A stretch of DNA of 64,000 nt, from positions 25,872,871 through 25,936,870 of the forward strand of contig NC_092676.1 in the NCBI RefSeq assembly GCF_964355755.1, read 5' to 3'. Position 1 is the stretch's first letter; every line of letters starts with the position of its first letter. The stretch is from Antedon mediterranea. Lineage: Eukaryota > Animalia > Echinodermata. The notes below the pieces were generated by a model. It did no database searches, was not told the origin of the DNA, and saw only the letters and a list, made by a program, of their open reading frames with translations. Shown here one piece after another: positions 13,901 to 28,900 of the stretch. Position numbers and translations under genes: made by a program.

Positions 13901-16900
13901 ACAGGACAGCCATCAGCTGTAACAACAGGAGAGCCATCAGCTGTTACAACAGGTCAACCATCAGCTGTAACAACTGCTCTACCACCAACATCAACTACAG
14001 GACAGCCATCAGCTGTTACAACAGGTCAACCATCAGCTGGATCAACGGTTCTACCACCAACATCAACTACAGGACAGCCATCAGCTGTAACAACAGGAGA
14101 GCCATCAGCTGTAACAACAGGTCAACCGTCAGCTGTAACAACTCCTCTACCACCAACATCAACTACAGGACAACCATCAGCTGTTACAACAGGAGAGCCA
14201 TCAGCTATAACTACAGGACAGCCATCAGCTGTAACAACAGCTCTACCACCAACATCAACTACAGGAGAGCCATCAGCTGTTACAACAGGACAACCATCAG
14301 CTGTAACAACAGCTCTACCGCCAGCATTAACTACGGGACAGCCATCAGCTGTTACAACAGGACAACCATCAGCTGTCACAACAGGACAACCATCAGCTGT
14401 TACAACAGGACAACCATCAGCTGTAACAACAGGACGGCCATCAGCTGTAACTACAGGACAGCCATCAGCTGTGACTACAGGACAACCATCAGCTGTAACA
14501 ACAGCTCTACCACCAACATCAACTACAGGACAGCCATCAGCTGTGACTACAGGTCAACCATCAGCTGTAACAACTGCTCTACCTCCAACATCAACTACAG
14601 GACAGCCAACAGCTGTGACTACAGGACAGCCATCAGCTGTGACTACAGGACAGCCATCAGCTGTAACAACAGCTCTACCACCAACATCAACTACAGGACA
14701 GCCATCAGCTGTGACTACAAGAGAACCATCAGCTGCTACAACAGGACAACCATCAGCTGTTACAACAGAACAACCATCAGCTGTAACAACAGGACAACCG
14801 TCAGCTGTTACTACAGGACAGCCATCAGCTGTGACTACAGGACAGCCATCAGCTGTGACAACGGCTCTACCACGAACATCCACCACAGGACAGCCATCAG
14901 CTATTACAACAGGACAACCATCAGCTGTTACAACAGGTCAACCATCAGCTGTTACAACAGGAGAGCCATCAGCTATAACTACAGGACAGCCATCAGCTGT
15001 AACAACAGCTCTACCACCAACATCAACTACAGGACAGCCATCAGCTCTAACAACAGGACGGCCATCAGCTGTTACAACAGGACAACCATCAGCTGTAACA
15101 ACAGGACAACCGTCAGCTGTTACTACAGGACAGCCATCAGCTGTGACTACAGGACAACCATCAGCTGTAACAACAGCTCTACCACCAACATCAACTACAG
15201 AACAGCCATCAGCTGTGACTACAGGTCAACCATCAGCTGTAACAACTGCTCTACCTCCAACATCAACTACAGGACAGCCATCAGCTGTTACAACAGGACA
15301 ACCATCAGCTGTGACTACAGGACAGCCATCAGCTGTAACAACAGCTCTACCACCAACATCAACTACAGGACAGCCATCAGCTGTGACTACAAGAGAACCA
15401 TCATCAGCTGCTACAACAGGACAACCGTCAACTGTAACAACAGCTCTACCACGAAAATCAACTACAGGACAGCCATCAGCTGTTACAACAGGACAACCAT
15501 CAGCTGTTACAACAGGACAACCATCAGCTGTAACAACATTACAACCGTCAGCTGTGACTACAGGACAGCCATCAGCTATAACTACAGGACAGCCATCAGC
15601 TGTTACAACAGGACAGCCATCAGCTGTGACTACAGGACAGCCATCAGCTGTGACAACGGCTCTACCACCAACATCCACTACAGGACAGCCATCAGCTGTT
15701 ACAACAGGACAACCATCAGCTGTAACAACAGGAGAGCCATCAGCTGTAACTACAGGACAGCCATCAGCTGTAACAACAGCTCTACCACCAACATCAACTA
15801 CAGGACAGTCATCAGCTGTGACTACAGGTCAACCATCAGCTGTGACTACAGGTCAACCATCAGCTGTAACAACTGCTCTACCTCCAACATCAACTACAGG
15901 ACAGCCAACAGCTGTGACTACAGGACAGCCATCAGCTGTGACTACAGGACAGCCATCAGCTGTAACAACAGCTCTACCACCAACATCAACTACAGGACAG
16001 CCATCAGCTGTGACTACAAGAGAACCATCAGCTGCTACAACAGGACAACCATCAGCTGTTACAACAGAACAACCATCAGCTGTAACAACAGGACAACCGT
16101 CAGCTGTGACTACAGGACAGCCATCAGCTGTGACAACGCCTCTATCACCAACATCCACTACAGGACAGCCATCAGCTGTTACAACAGGACAACCATCAGC
16201 TGTAACAACAGGAGAGCCATCAGCTGTTACAACAGGTCAACCATCAGCTGTTACAACAGGTCAACCATCAGCTGTAACAACTGCTCTACCACCAACATCA
16301 ACTACAGGACAGCCATCAGCTGTCACAACAGGAGAGCCATCAGCTGTTACAACAGGAGAGCCATCAGCTGTTACAACAGGTAAACCATCAGCTGTAACAA
16401 CTGCTCTACCACCAACATCAACTACAGGACAGCCATCAGCTGTTACAACAGCACAACCATCAGCTGTGACTACAAGACAGCAATCAACTGTAACAACAGC
16501 TCTACCACCAACATCAACTACAGGACAACCATCAGCTGTTACAACAGGAGAGCCATCAGCTATAACTACAGGACAGCCATCAGCTGTAACAACAGCTCTA
16601 CCACCAACATCAACTACAGGACAGCCATCAGCTGTAACAACGGGACTGCCATCTGCTGTGACTACAGGACAGCCATCAGCTGTTACAACAGGAGAGCCAT
16701 CAGCTGTTACAACAGGAGAGCCATCAGCTGTTACAACAGGACAGCCATCAGCTGTTACAACAGGACAACCATCAGCTGTAACAACAGGACAACCGTCAGC
16801 TGTGACTACAGGACAGCCACCAGCTATAACTACAGGAGAGCCATCAGCTGTAACAACAGCTCTACCGCCAACATCAGCTACAGGACAGCCATCAGCTGTA

Positions 16901-19900
16901 ACAACAGGACGGCCATTAGCTGTCACAACAGGACAACCATCAGCTGTTACAACAGGACAACCATCAGCTGTAACAGGACGGCCATCAGCTGTGACTACAG
17001 GACGGCCATCAGCTGTGACTACAGGACAGCCATCAGCTGTGACTACAGGACAACCATCAGCTGTAACAACGGCTCTACCACCAACATCCACTACAGGACA
17101 GCCATCAGCTGTTACAACAGGACAACCATCAGCTGTAACAACAGGAGAGCCATCAGCTGTTACAACAGGTCAACCATCAGCTGTAACAACTGCTCTACCA
17201 CCAACATCAACTACAGGACAGCCATCAGCTGTCACAACAGGAGAGCCATCAGCTGTTACAACAGGAGAGCCATCAGCTGTTACAACAGGTAAACCATCAG
17301 CTGTAACAACTGCTCTACCACCAACATCAACTACAGGACAGCCATCAGCTGTTACAACAGCACAACCATCAGCTGTGACTACAAGACAGCAATCAACTGT
17401 AACAACAGCTCTACCACCAACATCAACTACAGGACAACCATCAGCTGTTACAACAGGAGAGCCATCAGCTATAACTACAGGACAGCCATCAGCTGTAACA
17501 ACAGCTCTACCACCAACATCAACTACAGGACAGCCATCAGCTGTAACAACGGGACTGCCATCTGCTGTGACTACAGGACAGCCATCAGCTGTTACAACAG
17601 GAGAGCCATCAGCTGTTACAACAGGAGAGCCATCAGCTGTTACAACAGGACAGCCATCAGCTGTTACAACAGGACAACCATCAGCTGTAACAACAGGACA
17701 ACCGTCAGCTGTGACTACAGGACAGCCACCAGCTATAACTACAGGAGAGCCATCAGCTGTAACAACAGCTCTACTGCCAACATCAGCTACAGGACAGCCA
17801 TCAGCTGTAACAACAGGACGGCCATCAGCTGTCACAACAGGACAACCATCAGCTGTTACAACAGGACAACCATCAGCTGTAACAACAGGACGGCCATCAG
17901 CTGTGACTACAGGACGGCCATCAGCTGTGACTACAGGACAGCCATCAGCTGTGACTACAGGACAACCATCAGCTGTAACAACAGCTCTACCACCAACATC
18001 AACTACAGGACAGCCATCAGCTGTGACTACAGGTCAACCATCAGCTGTAACAACTGCTCTACCTCCAACATCAACTACAGGACAGCCATCAGCTGTTACA
18101 ACAGGACAACCATCAGCTGTAACAACATTACAACCGTCAACTGTGACTACAGGAAAGCCATCAGCTATAACTACAGGACAGCCATCAGCTATTACAACAG
18201 GACAGCCATCAGCTGTGACAACGGCTCTACCACCAACATCCACTACAGGACAGCCATCAGCTGTTACAACAGGACAACCACCAGCTGTTACAACAGGACA
18301 GCCATCAGGTATAACTACAGGACAGCCATCAGCTGTAACAACAGCTCTACCACCAACATCAACTACAGGACAACCATCAGCTGTTACAACAGGAGAGCCA
18401 TCAGCTATAACTACAGGACAGCCATCAGCTGTAACAACAGCTCTACCACCAACATCAACTACAGGACAGCCATCAGCTATAACAACAGGAGAGCCATCAG
18501 CTGTTACAACTGGTCAACCATCAGCTGTAACAACTGCTCTACCACCAACATCAACTACAGGACAGCCATCAGCTGTCACAACAGGAGAGCCATCAGCTGT
18601 TACAACAGGTCAACCATCAGCTGTGACAACTACTCTACCACCAACATCAACTACAGGACAACCATCAGCTGTTACAACAGCACAACCATCAGCTGTGACT
18701 ACAGGACAGCCATCAGCTGTAACAACAGCTCTACCACCAACATCAACTACAGGACAACCATCAGCTGTTACAACACGAGAGCCATCAGCTATAACTACAG
18801 GACAGCCATCAGCTGTAACAACAGCTCTACCACCAACATCAACTACAGGACACCCATCAGCTGTCACAACAGGAGAGCCATCAGCTGTTACAACAGGACA
18901 ACCATCAGCTGTAACAACAGGACAACCGTCAGCTGTGACTACAGGACAGCCATCAGCTATAACTACGGGAGAGCCATCAGCTGTAACAACAGCTCTACCG
19001 CCAACCTCAACTACAGGACAGCCATCAGCTGTTACTACAGGTCAACCATCAGCTGTAACAACAGGACGGCCATCAGCTGTGACTACAGGACGGCCATCAG
19101 CTGTCACTACAGGACAGCCATCAGCTGTGACTACAGGACAACCATCAGCTGTAACAACAGCTCTACCACCAACATCAACTACAGGACAGCCATCAGCTGT
19201 GACTACAGGTCAACCATCAGCTGTAACAACTGCTCTAACTCCAACATCAACTACAGGACAGCCATCAGCTGTTACAACAGGACAACCATCAGCTGTGACT
19301 ACAAGACAGTCATCAGCTGTAACAACAGCTCTACCACCAACATCAACTACAGGACAGCTATCAGCTGTGACTACAAGAGAACCATCAGCTGCTACAACAG
19401 GACAACCGTCAGCTGTAACAACAGCTCTACCACCAAAATCAACTACAGGACACCCATTAGCTGTTACAACAGGACAACCATCAGCTGTTACAACAGGACA
19501 ACCATCAGCTGTAACAACATTACAACCGTCAGCTGTGACTACAGGAAAGCCATCAGCTATAACTACAGGACAGCCATCGGCTATTACAACAGGACAGCCA
19601 TCAGCTGTGACAACGGCTCTACCACCAACATCCACTACAGGACAGCCATCAGCTGTTACAACTGGACAACCATCAGCTGTTACAACAGGACAGCCATCAG
19701 GTATAACTACAGGACAGCCATCAGCTGTAACAACAGCTCTACCACCAACATCAACTACAGGACAACCATCAGCTGTTACAACAGGAGAGCCATCAGCTAT
19801 AACTACAGGACAGCCATCAGCTGTAACAACAGCTCTACCACCAACATCAACTACAGGACAGCCATCAGCTATAACAACAGGAGAGCCATCAGCTGTTACA

Positions 19901-22900
19901 ACTGGTCAACCATCAGCTGTAACAACTGCTCTACCACCAACATCAACTACAGGACAGCCATCAGCTGTCACAACAGGAGAGCCATCAGCTGTTACAACAG
20001 GTCAACCATCAGCTGTTACAACAGGTCAACCATCAGCTGTGACAACTGCTCTACCACCAACATCAACTACAGGACAACCATCAGCTGTTACAACAGCACA
20101 ACCATCAGCTGTGACTACAGGACAGCCATCAGCTGTAACAACAGCTCTACCACCAACATCAACTACAGGACAACCATCAGCTGTTACAACACGAGAGCCA
20201 TCAGCTATAACTACAGGACATCCATCAGCTGTAACAACAGCTCTACCACCAACATCAACTACAGGACAGCCATCAGCTGTCACAACAGGAGAGCCATCAG
20301 CTGTTACAACAGGACAACCATCAGCTGTAACAACAGGACAACCGTCAGCTGTGACTACAGGACAGCCATCAGCTATAACTACGGGAGAGCCATCAGCTGT
20401 AACAACAGCTCTACCGCCAACATCAACTACAGGACAGCCATCAGCTGTTACTACAGGTCAACCATCAGCTGTTACAACAGGAAGGCCATCAGCTGTAACT
20501 ACAGGGCAGCCATCAGTTGTAACAACGAGACGGCCATCAGCTGTGACTACAGGACAGCCCTCAGCTGTGACTACAGGACAGCCATCAGCTGTAACAACAG
20601 GACGGCCATTAGCTGTGACTACAGAACAGCCATCAACTATAACTACAGGACAGCCATCAGCTATAACTACAGGACAGCCATCAGCTGTAACAACAGCTCT
20701 ACCACCAACATCAACTACAGGACAGCCATCAGCTGTGACTACAGGGCAGCCATCAGCTGTGACTACCGGACAGCCATCAGCTGTAACGACAGCTCTACCA
20801 CCAACATCAACTACAGGACAGCCATCAGCTGTGACTACAGGAGAACCATCAGCTGTTACAACAGGACAGCCATCAGCTGTGACTACAGCTCTACCACCAA
20901 TATCAACTACCGGACAGCCATCAGCTGTGACTACAGGAGAGCCATCCGCTGTTACAACAGAACAACCATCAGCTGCTACAACAGGACGGCCATCAGCTAT
21001 AACTACAGGGCAGCCGTCAGTTGTAACAACAGGACGGCCATCAGCTGTGACTACAGGACAGCCATCAGCTATAACTACAGGACAGCCATCAGCTGTAACA
21101 ACAGCTCTACCACCAACATCTACTACAGGACAGCCTACTGCTGTTACCACAGGACAGCCATCAGCTATAACTACTGCTCTACCATCAACATCAACTACAG
21201 GACAGCCATCAGTTGTGACTACAGGACGGCCATCAGCCGTGACTACAGCTCTACCACCAACATCAACAACAGGAGAGCCATCAGTTGTGACTACAGGACA
21301 GCCATCAGCTGTAACAACAGGAGAGCCATCAGTTGTTACAACAGGACAACCGTCATCTGTTACTACAGGACGGCCATCAGCTATAACTACTGCTCTACCA
21401 CCAACATCAACTACAGGACAGCCATCAGTTGTGACTACAGGACGGCCATCAGCCGTGACTACAGCTCTACCACCAACATCAACAACAGGAGAGCCATCAG
21501 CTGTGACTACAGGACAGCCATCAACTGTAACAACAGGAGAGCCATCAGTTGTTACAACAGGACAACCATCAGCTGTGACTACAGGAACAACAGCTCTACC
21601 ACCAACATCAACTACATTACAGCCATCAGCTGTAACAACTGCTCTACCACCGACATCAACTACAGGACAGCCCTCAGCTGTAACAACAGGAGAGCCATCA
21701 GTTGTTACAACAGGACAACCATCAGCTGTTACTACAGGACAGCCATCAGCTGTAACAACAGGACGGCCATCAGCTGTGACTACAGAACAGCCATCAACTA
21801 TAACTACAGGACAGCCATCAGCTGTAACAACAGCTCTACCACCAACATCAACTACAGGACAGCCATCAGCTGTGACTACAGGACAGCCATCAGCTGTGAC
21901 AACAGGACAGCCATCAGCTGTGACTACAGGACAGCCATCAGCTGTAACTACAGGACAGCCATCAGCTGTAACAACAGCTCTACCACCAACATCAACTACA
22001 GGACAGCCATCAGCTGTGACTACAGGACAGCCATCAGCTGTGACTACAGGACAGCCATCAGCTGTAACGACAGCTCTACCACCAACATCAACTACAGGAC
22101 AGCCATCAGTTGTGACTACAGGACGGCCATCAGCCGTGACTACAGCTCTACCACCAACATCAACAACAGGAGAGCCATCAGTTGTGACTACAGGACAGCC
22201 ATCTGCTGTAACAACAGGAGAGCCATCAGTTGTTACAACAGGACAACCGTCATCTGTAACTACAGGACGGCCATCAGCTATAACTACTGCTCTACCACCA
22301 ACATCAACTACAGGACAGCCATCAGTTGTGACTACAGGACGGCCATCAGCCGTGACTACAGCTCTACCACCAACATCAACAACAGGAGAGCCATCAGCTG
22401 TGACTACAGGACAGCCATCAACTGTAACAACAGGAGAGCCATCAGTTGTTACAACAGGACAACCATCAGCTGTGACTACAGGAACAACAGCTCTACCACC
22501 AACATCAACTACATTACAGCCATCAGCTGTAACAACTGCTCTACCACCGACATCAACTACTGGACAGCCCTCAACTACAGGACAGCCCTCAACTGTAACA
22601 ACAGGAGAGCCATCAGTTGTTACAACAGGACAACCATCAGCTGTTACTACAGGACAGCCATCAGCTGTAACAACAGGACGGCCATCAGCTGTGACTACAG
22701 AACAGCCATCAACTATAACTACAGGACAGCCATCAGCTGTAACAACAGCTCTACCACCAACATCAACTACAGGACAGCCATCAGCTGTGACTACAGGACA
22801 GCCATCAACTGTGACAACAGGACAGCCATCAGCTGTGACTACAGGACAGCCATTAGCTGTAACGACAGCTCTACCACCAACATCAACAACTACAGGACAG

Positions 22901-25900
22901 CCATCAGTTGTGACTACAGGACAGCCATCAGCCGTGACTACAGCTCTACCACCCACATCAACAACAGGAGAGCCATCAGTTGTGACTACAGGACAGCCAT
23001 CAGTTGTGACTACAGGACAGCCATCAGCTGTAACAACAGGAGAGCCATCAGTTGTTACAACAGGACAACCGTCAGCTGTTACTACAGGACAGCCATCAAC
23101 TGTAACAACAGGACGGCCAACAGCTGTGACTACAGGACGGCCATCAGCTGTAACTACAGGACAGCCATCAGCTGTAACAACAGCTCTACCACCAACATCA
23201 AGTACAGGACAGCCATCAGCTGTGACTACAGGACAGCCATCAGCTGTGACTACAGGAAAGCCATCAGCTGTAACGACAGCTCTACCACCAACATCAACTA
23301 CAGGACAGCCATCAGCTGTGACTACAGGCCAGCCATCAGCTGTGACTACAGGACAGCCATCAGCTGTGACTACAGCTCTACCACCAATATCGACTACCGT
23401 ACAGCCATCAGTTGTAACAACAGGAGAGCCATCAGCTGTTACAACAGATGAACCATCAGCTGTAACAACTGCTCTACCACCAACATCAACTACAGGGCAG
23501 CCATCAGCTATAACTACAGGGCAACCATCAGCTGTCACAACAGGAGAGCCATCCGCTGTTACAACAGAACAACCATCAGCTACTACAACAGGACGGCCAT
23601 CAGCTATAACTACAGGGCAGCCATCAGTTGTAACAACAGGACGGCCATCAGCTTTGACTACAGGACGGCCATCAGCTGTGACTACAGGACAGCCATCAGC
23701 TATAACTACAGGACAGCCATCAGCTGTAACAACCGCTCTACCACCAACATCTACTACAGGACAGCCTACAGCTGTTACTACAGGACAGCCATCAGCTATA
23801 ACTACTGCTCTACCACCAACATCAACTACAGGACAGCCATCAGTTGTGACTACAGCTCTACCACCAACATCAACAACAGGAGAGCCATCAGTTGTGACTA
23901 CAGGACAGCCCTCAGCTGTAACAACAGGAGAGCCATCAGCTGTAACAACAGGACGGCCATCAGCTGTGACTACAGAACAGCCATCAACTATAACTACAGG
24001 ACAGCCATCAGCTGTAACAACAGCTCTACCACCAACATCTACTACAGGACAGCCATCAGCTGTTACAACAGGACAACCATCAGCTATAACTACAGGACAG
24101 CCATCAGCTGTAACGACAGCTCTACCACCAACATCAACTACAGGACAGCCATCAGCTGTAACAACAGAACCATCAGCTGTTACAACAGGACAGCCATCAG
24201 CTATAACTACAGGACAGCCATCAGCTGTTACAACAGGACAACCATCAGCTGTGACTACTGGACAGCCATCAGCTGTAACAACATTACGGCCATCAGCTGT
24301 GACTACAGGACAGCCATCAGCTATAACTACAGGACAGCCATCAGCTGTAACAACAGCGCTACCACCAACATCTACTACAGGACAGCCATCAGCTGTTACA
24401 ACAGGAAAGCCATCAGCTATAACTACAGGACAGCCATCAGCTGTAACGACAGCTCTACCACCAACATCAACTACAGGACAGCCATCAGCTGTGACTACAG
24501 GACAGCCATCAGCTGTAACAACAGGAGAACCATCAGCTGTTACAACAGGACAGCCATCAGCTGTAACTACAGGACAGCCATCAGCTGTTACAACAAGACA
24601 ACCATCAGCTGTTACAACAGGACAACCATCAGCTGTTACAACAGGACAACCATCAGCTGTGACTACAGGACAGCCATCAGTTGTTACAACAGGACAACCA
24701 TCAGCTGTGACTACAGGACAGCCATCAGCTGTAACAACAGGACGGCCATCAGCTTTGACTACAGGACAGTCATCAGTTGTGACTACAGGACAACCATCAG
24801 CTATAACTACAGGACAGCCATCAGTTATAACAACTGCTCTACCACCAACATCAACTACAGGACAGCCATCAGCCGTGACTACAGGACGGCCATCAGCCTT
24901 GACTACAGCTCTACCACCAACATCAACAACAGGAGAGTCAACAGCTGTGACTACTGGACAGCCATCAGCTGTAACAACAGGAGAGCCATCAGTTGTTACT
25001 ACAGGAGAGCCATTAGTTGTTACTACAGGACAACCATCAGCTGTAACAACAGGACGGCCATCAGCTGTGACTACAGGACAATCTACTACAGGACAGCCAT
25101 CAGCTGTTACAACAGGACAGACATCGGCTACAACTACAGGACAGTCATCAGCTGTAACAACAGCTCTACCACCAACATCTACTACAGGAGAACCATCAAT
25201 TGTTACAACAGGACAGTCATCAGCTATAACTACAGGACAGCCATCAGCTGTAACAACAGCTCTACCATCAACGTCAACTACTGGACAACCATCAGCTGTG
25301 ACTACAAGACAACCATCAGCTGTTACAACAGCTCTACCACCAACATCAACTACAGGACAGCCATCAGCTAATACAACAGGGCCACCATTAACACGAGGCA
25401 CTACAACCTTTACTCCAGCAGTTACTACAGGTTAATTTTAAATTAAATAACAACAAATCATAATCTCCAATTATTGTACATTAAAGTGATATTTTGCTAT
25501 TATGTATGTTATTACAGCTGAAGTAAAGAAATAACTCACTAGCAGTAATAATTTTATTTTTTAACAGAACGAGTTACTACTTGCTACAGTGGTGAATTCA
25601 TATGTAAAAGTAATGGTGAATGCATTCCTGGAGATTCTGTGTGTGATCGTGATTGTGATTGCAGAGATTGTTCTGATGAAGAAGTCTGTGGTAAGTTAAA
25701 TCAATTTCATAAGCTCATTTGCGGATTGGTTGTAAATTTATCTTAGTTTTATTTATTTTTTTTTTATATATTGAGGTATAAGTTGAAAAACACATAAAGC
25801 ATAAAAAACAAAATGCAGCTAAAGCCTAAAAAAATATGATTACAAATACCATAACATTTAAATTCTAAAATGACTTTTGTTTTTAAAAAGTTTTTATATT

Positions 25901-28900
25901 ATACATCAATATTGAAAAATAAATGCTATTAGGAGACAATAGTGCAAGCTGCCTTTACATTTGTTTGATTCTGACTTAAAGGTTTTACAACTACTACAAG
26001 AAAACCCAATGCGGAAGCAACAACTATGGAATCTACTACTGCGCCGGAAAGTACAACTGTTAGAAATAGATACAGTACTACAGTAACTACAACGGTTTAT
26101 ATTAGGCCAAATGCAACTACTCTACCTTACACAACAAGAGAGCATGAAACATCTGCTTTTGTGCCAAGTACTATTGTAACAACCAGTAATGGTGTTGAAA
26201 CCACTCTGGTACACACTACTGGTGTGGTCACTTCAGGCTTGCCAACCACTAATGCTGTATATACAACTGGACAACAAAAAACAACTGCCGGTTTTGAAAC
26301 AACTACTGGTCAACAGATAACCACAGGTGAACATATCACAACCGGTGGACAGATGACCACAGGGCCACAAAATTTGAACCCAACCACATTTAGAGAAGTG
26401 ACTGTTGAAGAAGCAACTACAGGTAGCCCAGTAACAACTGAACACAAGACAACCGTCAATGTTCAGACAACTGGTCAACCTATGACCACAGGTCAATCTA
26501 TGACCACTGGTCGTGAAATGACCACTGGTGCACAACAAACTACTGGTATGGAACCAACAACCAGTTTGCTAACGACTGGTAATCAACCGACAACTGGTGA
26601 ACAAGCAACAACTGGCGTACCAATGACAACGGGTATACAAACAACTACCGGATTTATACCAACTACGACTGGTCTTCCAGTTACCAGTGGTGTACCAACT
26701 ACCACTGGAATACCACTTACAACCGGAATCGAGAAAACTACCGCAGTGGAATCTACCACTGGTTTTCTTACTACTACCGTTATCACCACCTCTGAAACAA
26801 CAACTACTATTGCTGTAACTACACAAAAGCCAACAGGTTAGTTTTTTATCATAGTTATATAATTTTGCCAAGTAAAGTATTTGCTTTGTGTGTTTGTTAG
26901 CACAATAGCATATCCACAATTTTTAAGTTATCGTCCTTAATTTTTTAGTGTTAATATGTATATACTTACAGAACATACCTATATATTTTCAGGAAAGTGT
27001 ATATGTTGGTCACGGCACAAAACCTTATTATATTAATATCTTTCATACAAGATATTAAACATCAGTTGTGAGCCGTTTCTCTCCTAATAATGTTTTCCCT
27101 GATATATTTTACTTCACTCAGTTTCTGAGTGCTTTTCTTATTCTTTGTTGTATTCTATTCTAGTTACTGAACTGACAACACCTTGTCAGTACGCTGAGTG
27201 GGGACTGTGGAGTGAATGTAGTGTGTCGTGTGGCACTGGAAACAAGACTAGATCTCGAAGTTTCACCAATGAAGCCGACTGCCAGATAACGGAGAACAAT
27301 TACGATACTGAATACTGCAATGAAATGGCTTGTCCAAGTAAGTGATCTTTTACATGTTTACTTGTAAATAGAGACTTTTCAAACACAGCTTTAAGTTCGT
27401 TGACATAAAATGAATACATACACAAAGCAATTAATATATTTTTTTTTTCTGTAATATTTTTTTACTGTATTAAATTCTATTGTATTAAACACAATTTTTC
27501 TGGAATTTGTAGCCGATGGAAACTGGACACCATGGGGTGAATGGTCGGACTGTTCCGTCAGCTGTGGAGGTGGTTCATCATTCCGATATCGTGAATGTTC
27601 TGACCCACCACCAAAGAACAATGGAAGCTATTGTGATGGAGACCCCATTGAATTACTTGTATGTAACAGCAAACCATGTGGTAAGATCAGTGATTTTTTT
27701 TTAAATTTACATATTCAACAATCAAACTGGCTATGGTAAACCAAGCCAAACAAACGGATGCTGAGCCCTGGAGATCAAGGGGTTTATCTGTGGCTGCAAC
27801 ACAGACATGCTTTGAATATGTACACAGTACAGTACTGTTGGTATTTGTCACAGCCAGACATATAATCAAAGGACTGTTAAGAGTTCCTATCTTGGCAAGG
27901 CAAGCTTGGTGTCCTGTTAGATTGCCACGGGTAAACCAAGAAGTTATACACTTTGCATAGTGTAGGTTTGTATATAGCAAAAATATCCCTTAGCATGTCC
28001 AGCCAAATCATACCTCTTTAATAATTCTTAATCATTGTAATCATAATCATTGTGTTTCTTTAGACGAACATTGCGAGGATGGTAAAGTTTATGATTCCAA
28101 CTGTACAAAATGTCCATACTTCTGTTCCGATCTACAAGTTGGTAGTCGATGTTGCGCCAATCAAGTATGCGAACCAGGATGTCGCTGCCCAGATGGGTTC
28201 TTGGAACAGGATGGAAAATGCATTGAGCAAGCTCAGTGTGATTGTCTGGATGAGAGTGGTAAAAGTTACCCTCCAGGCTATACATTTAGTGATGATTGTA
28301 TGGAATGGTTAGTATCTACATTTTCTGACATTATCAGTATCATTAAGATTCATTATCACCCTGATCATTACCATTATCATCATTATACTTGCCCCAAGTA
28401 TTTAGTAATTAGTTTATCTTTTGTAATGTTAGTCCACCACCAGTATTATACGCATGAAACCCCCTATGTGCCAAAATATTTATCTTTTAACTAATATTAG
28501 GTCGAAAAACACGATCTAGAACCTAGACTACATCATCATCTTGTTCATTCTTCAACTTTTATAATTAATTTTATATTCACAAAACTTTTATAAATGGTTT
28601 ATCTTCATGGTTGCTCGTTTTTTATTAATTTTTTTTATTTTGTTTTTTTTTTCTAGCTCATGTACTGATGGTTATCTAACATGTGAAACAATTGATTGTT
28701 CTGTTGATTGTGGATGGAGTACTTGGTCTCAATGGACAAACTGCACGGCTGACTGTGGAAGTGGACAGCAGACACGATTCAGGTATAACTTGATAACTCA
28801 GGCTAGTTTACTCACTCACAAGTAGGTGGCCAAATGGTTAAGACAGTGGAACCATAATTACGAACCTAGTACATCTTTCAAGACAAGTACGGGGTTACCT

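Noticed and set aside
12109-16383. 1424-aa alternative-frame ORF (RTAISCNN repeats), also 9559-10761
   Set aside because: A shadow of the 24-bp repeat, whose shifted frame rarely contains stops. It has no domain content or splice context, and the Thr-rich frame is the one continuous with FA58C.
12330-25385. Possible CRISPR-like array
   Set aside because: Eukaryotic spliced gene context. The units are contiguous with no unique spacers and they encode protein.
20458-25401. 1647-aa antisense ORF (DGCPVVTA repeats) and the similar antisense ORFs between 7457 and 20283
   Set aside because: Antisense read-through of the coding repeat. It is broken wherever a ggtcaa variant creates a stop, so there is no sign of frame conservation.
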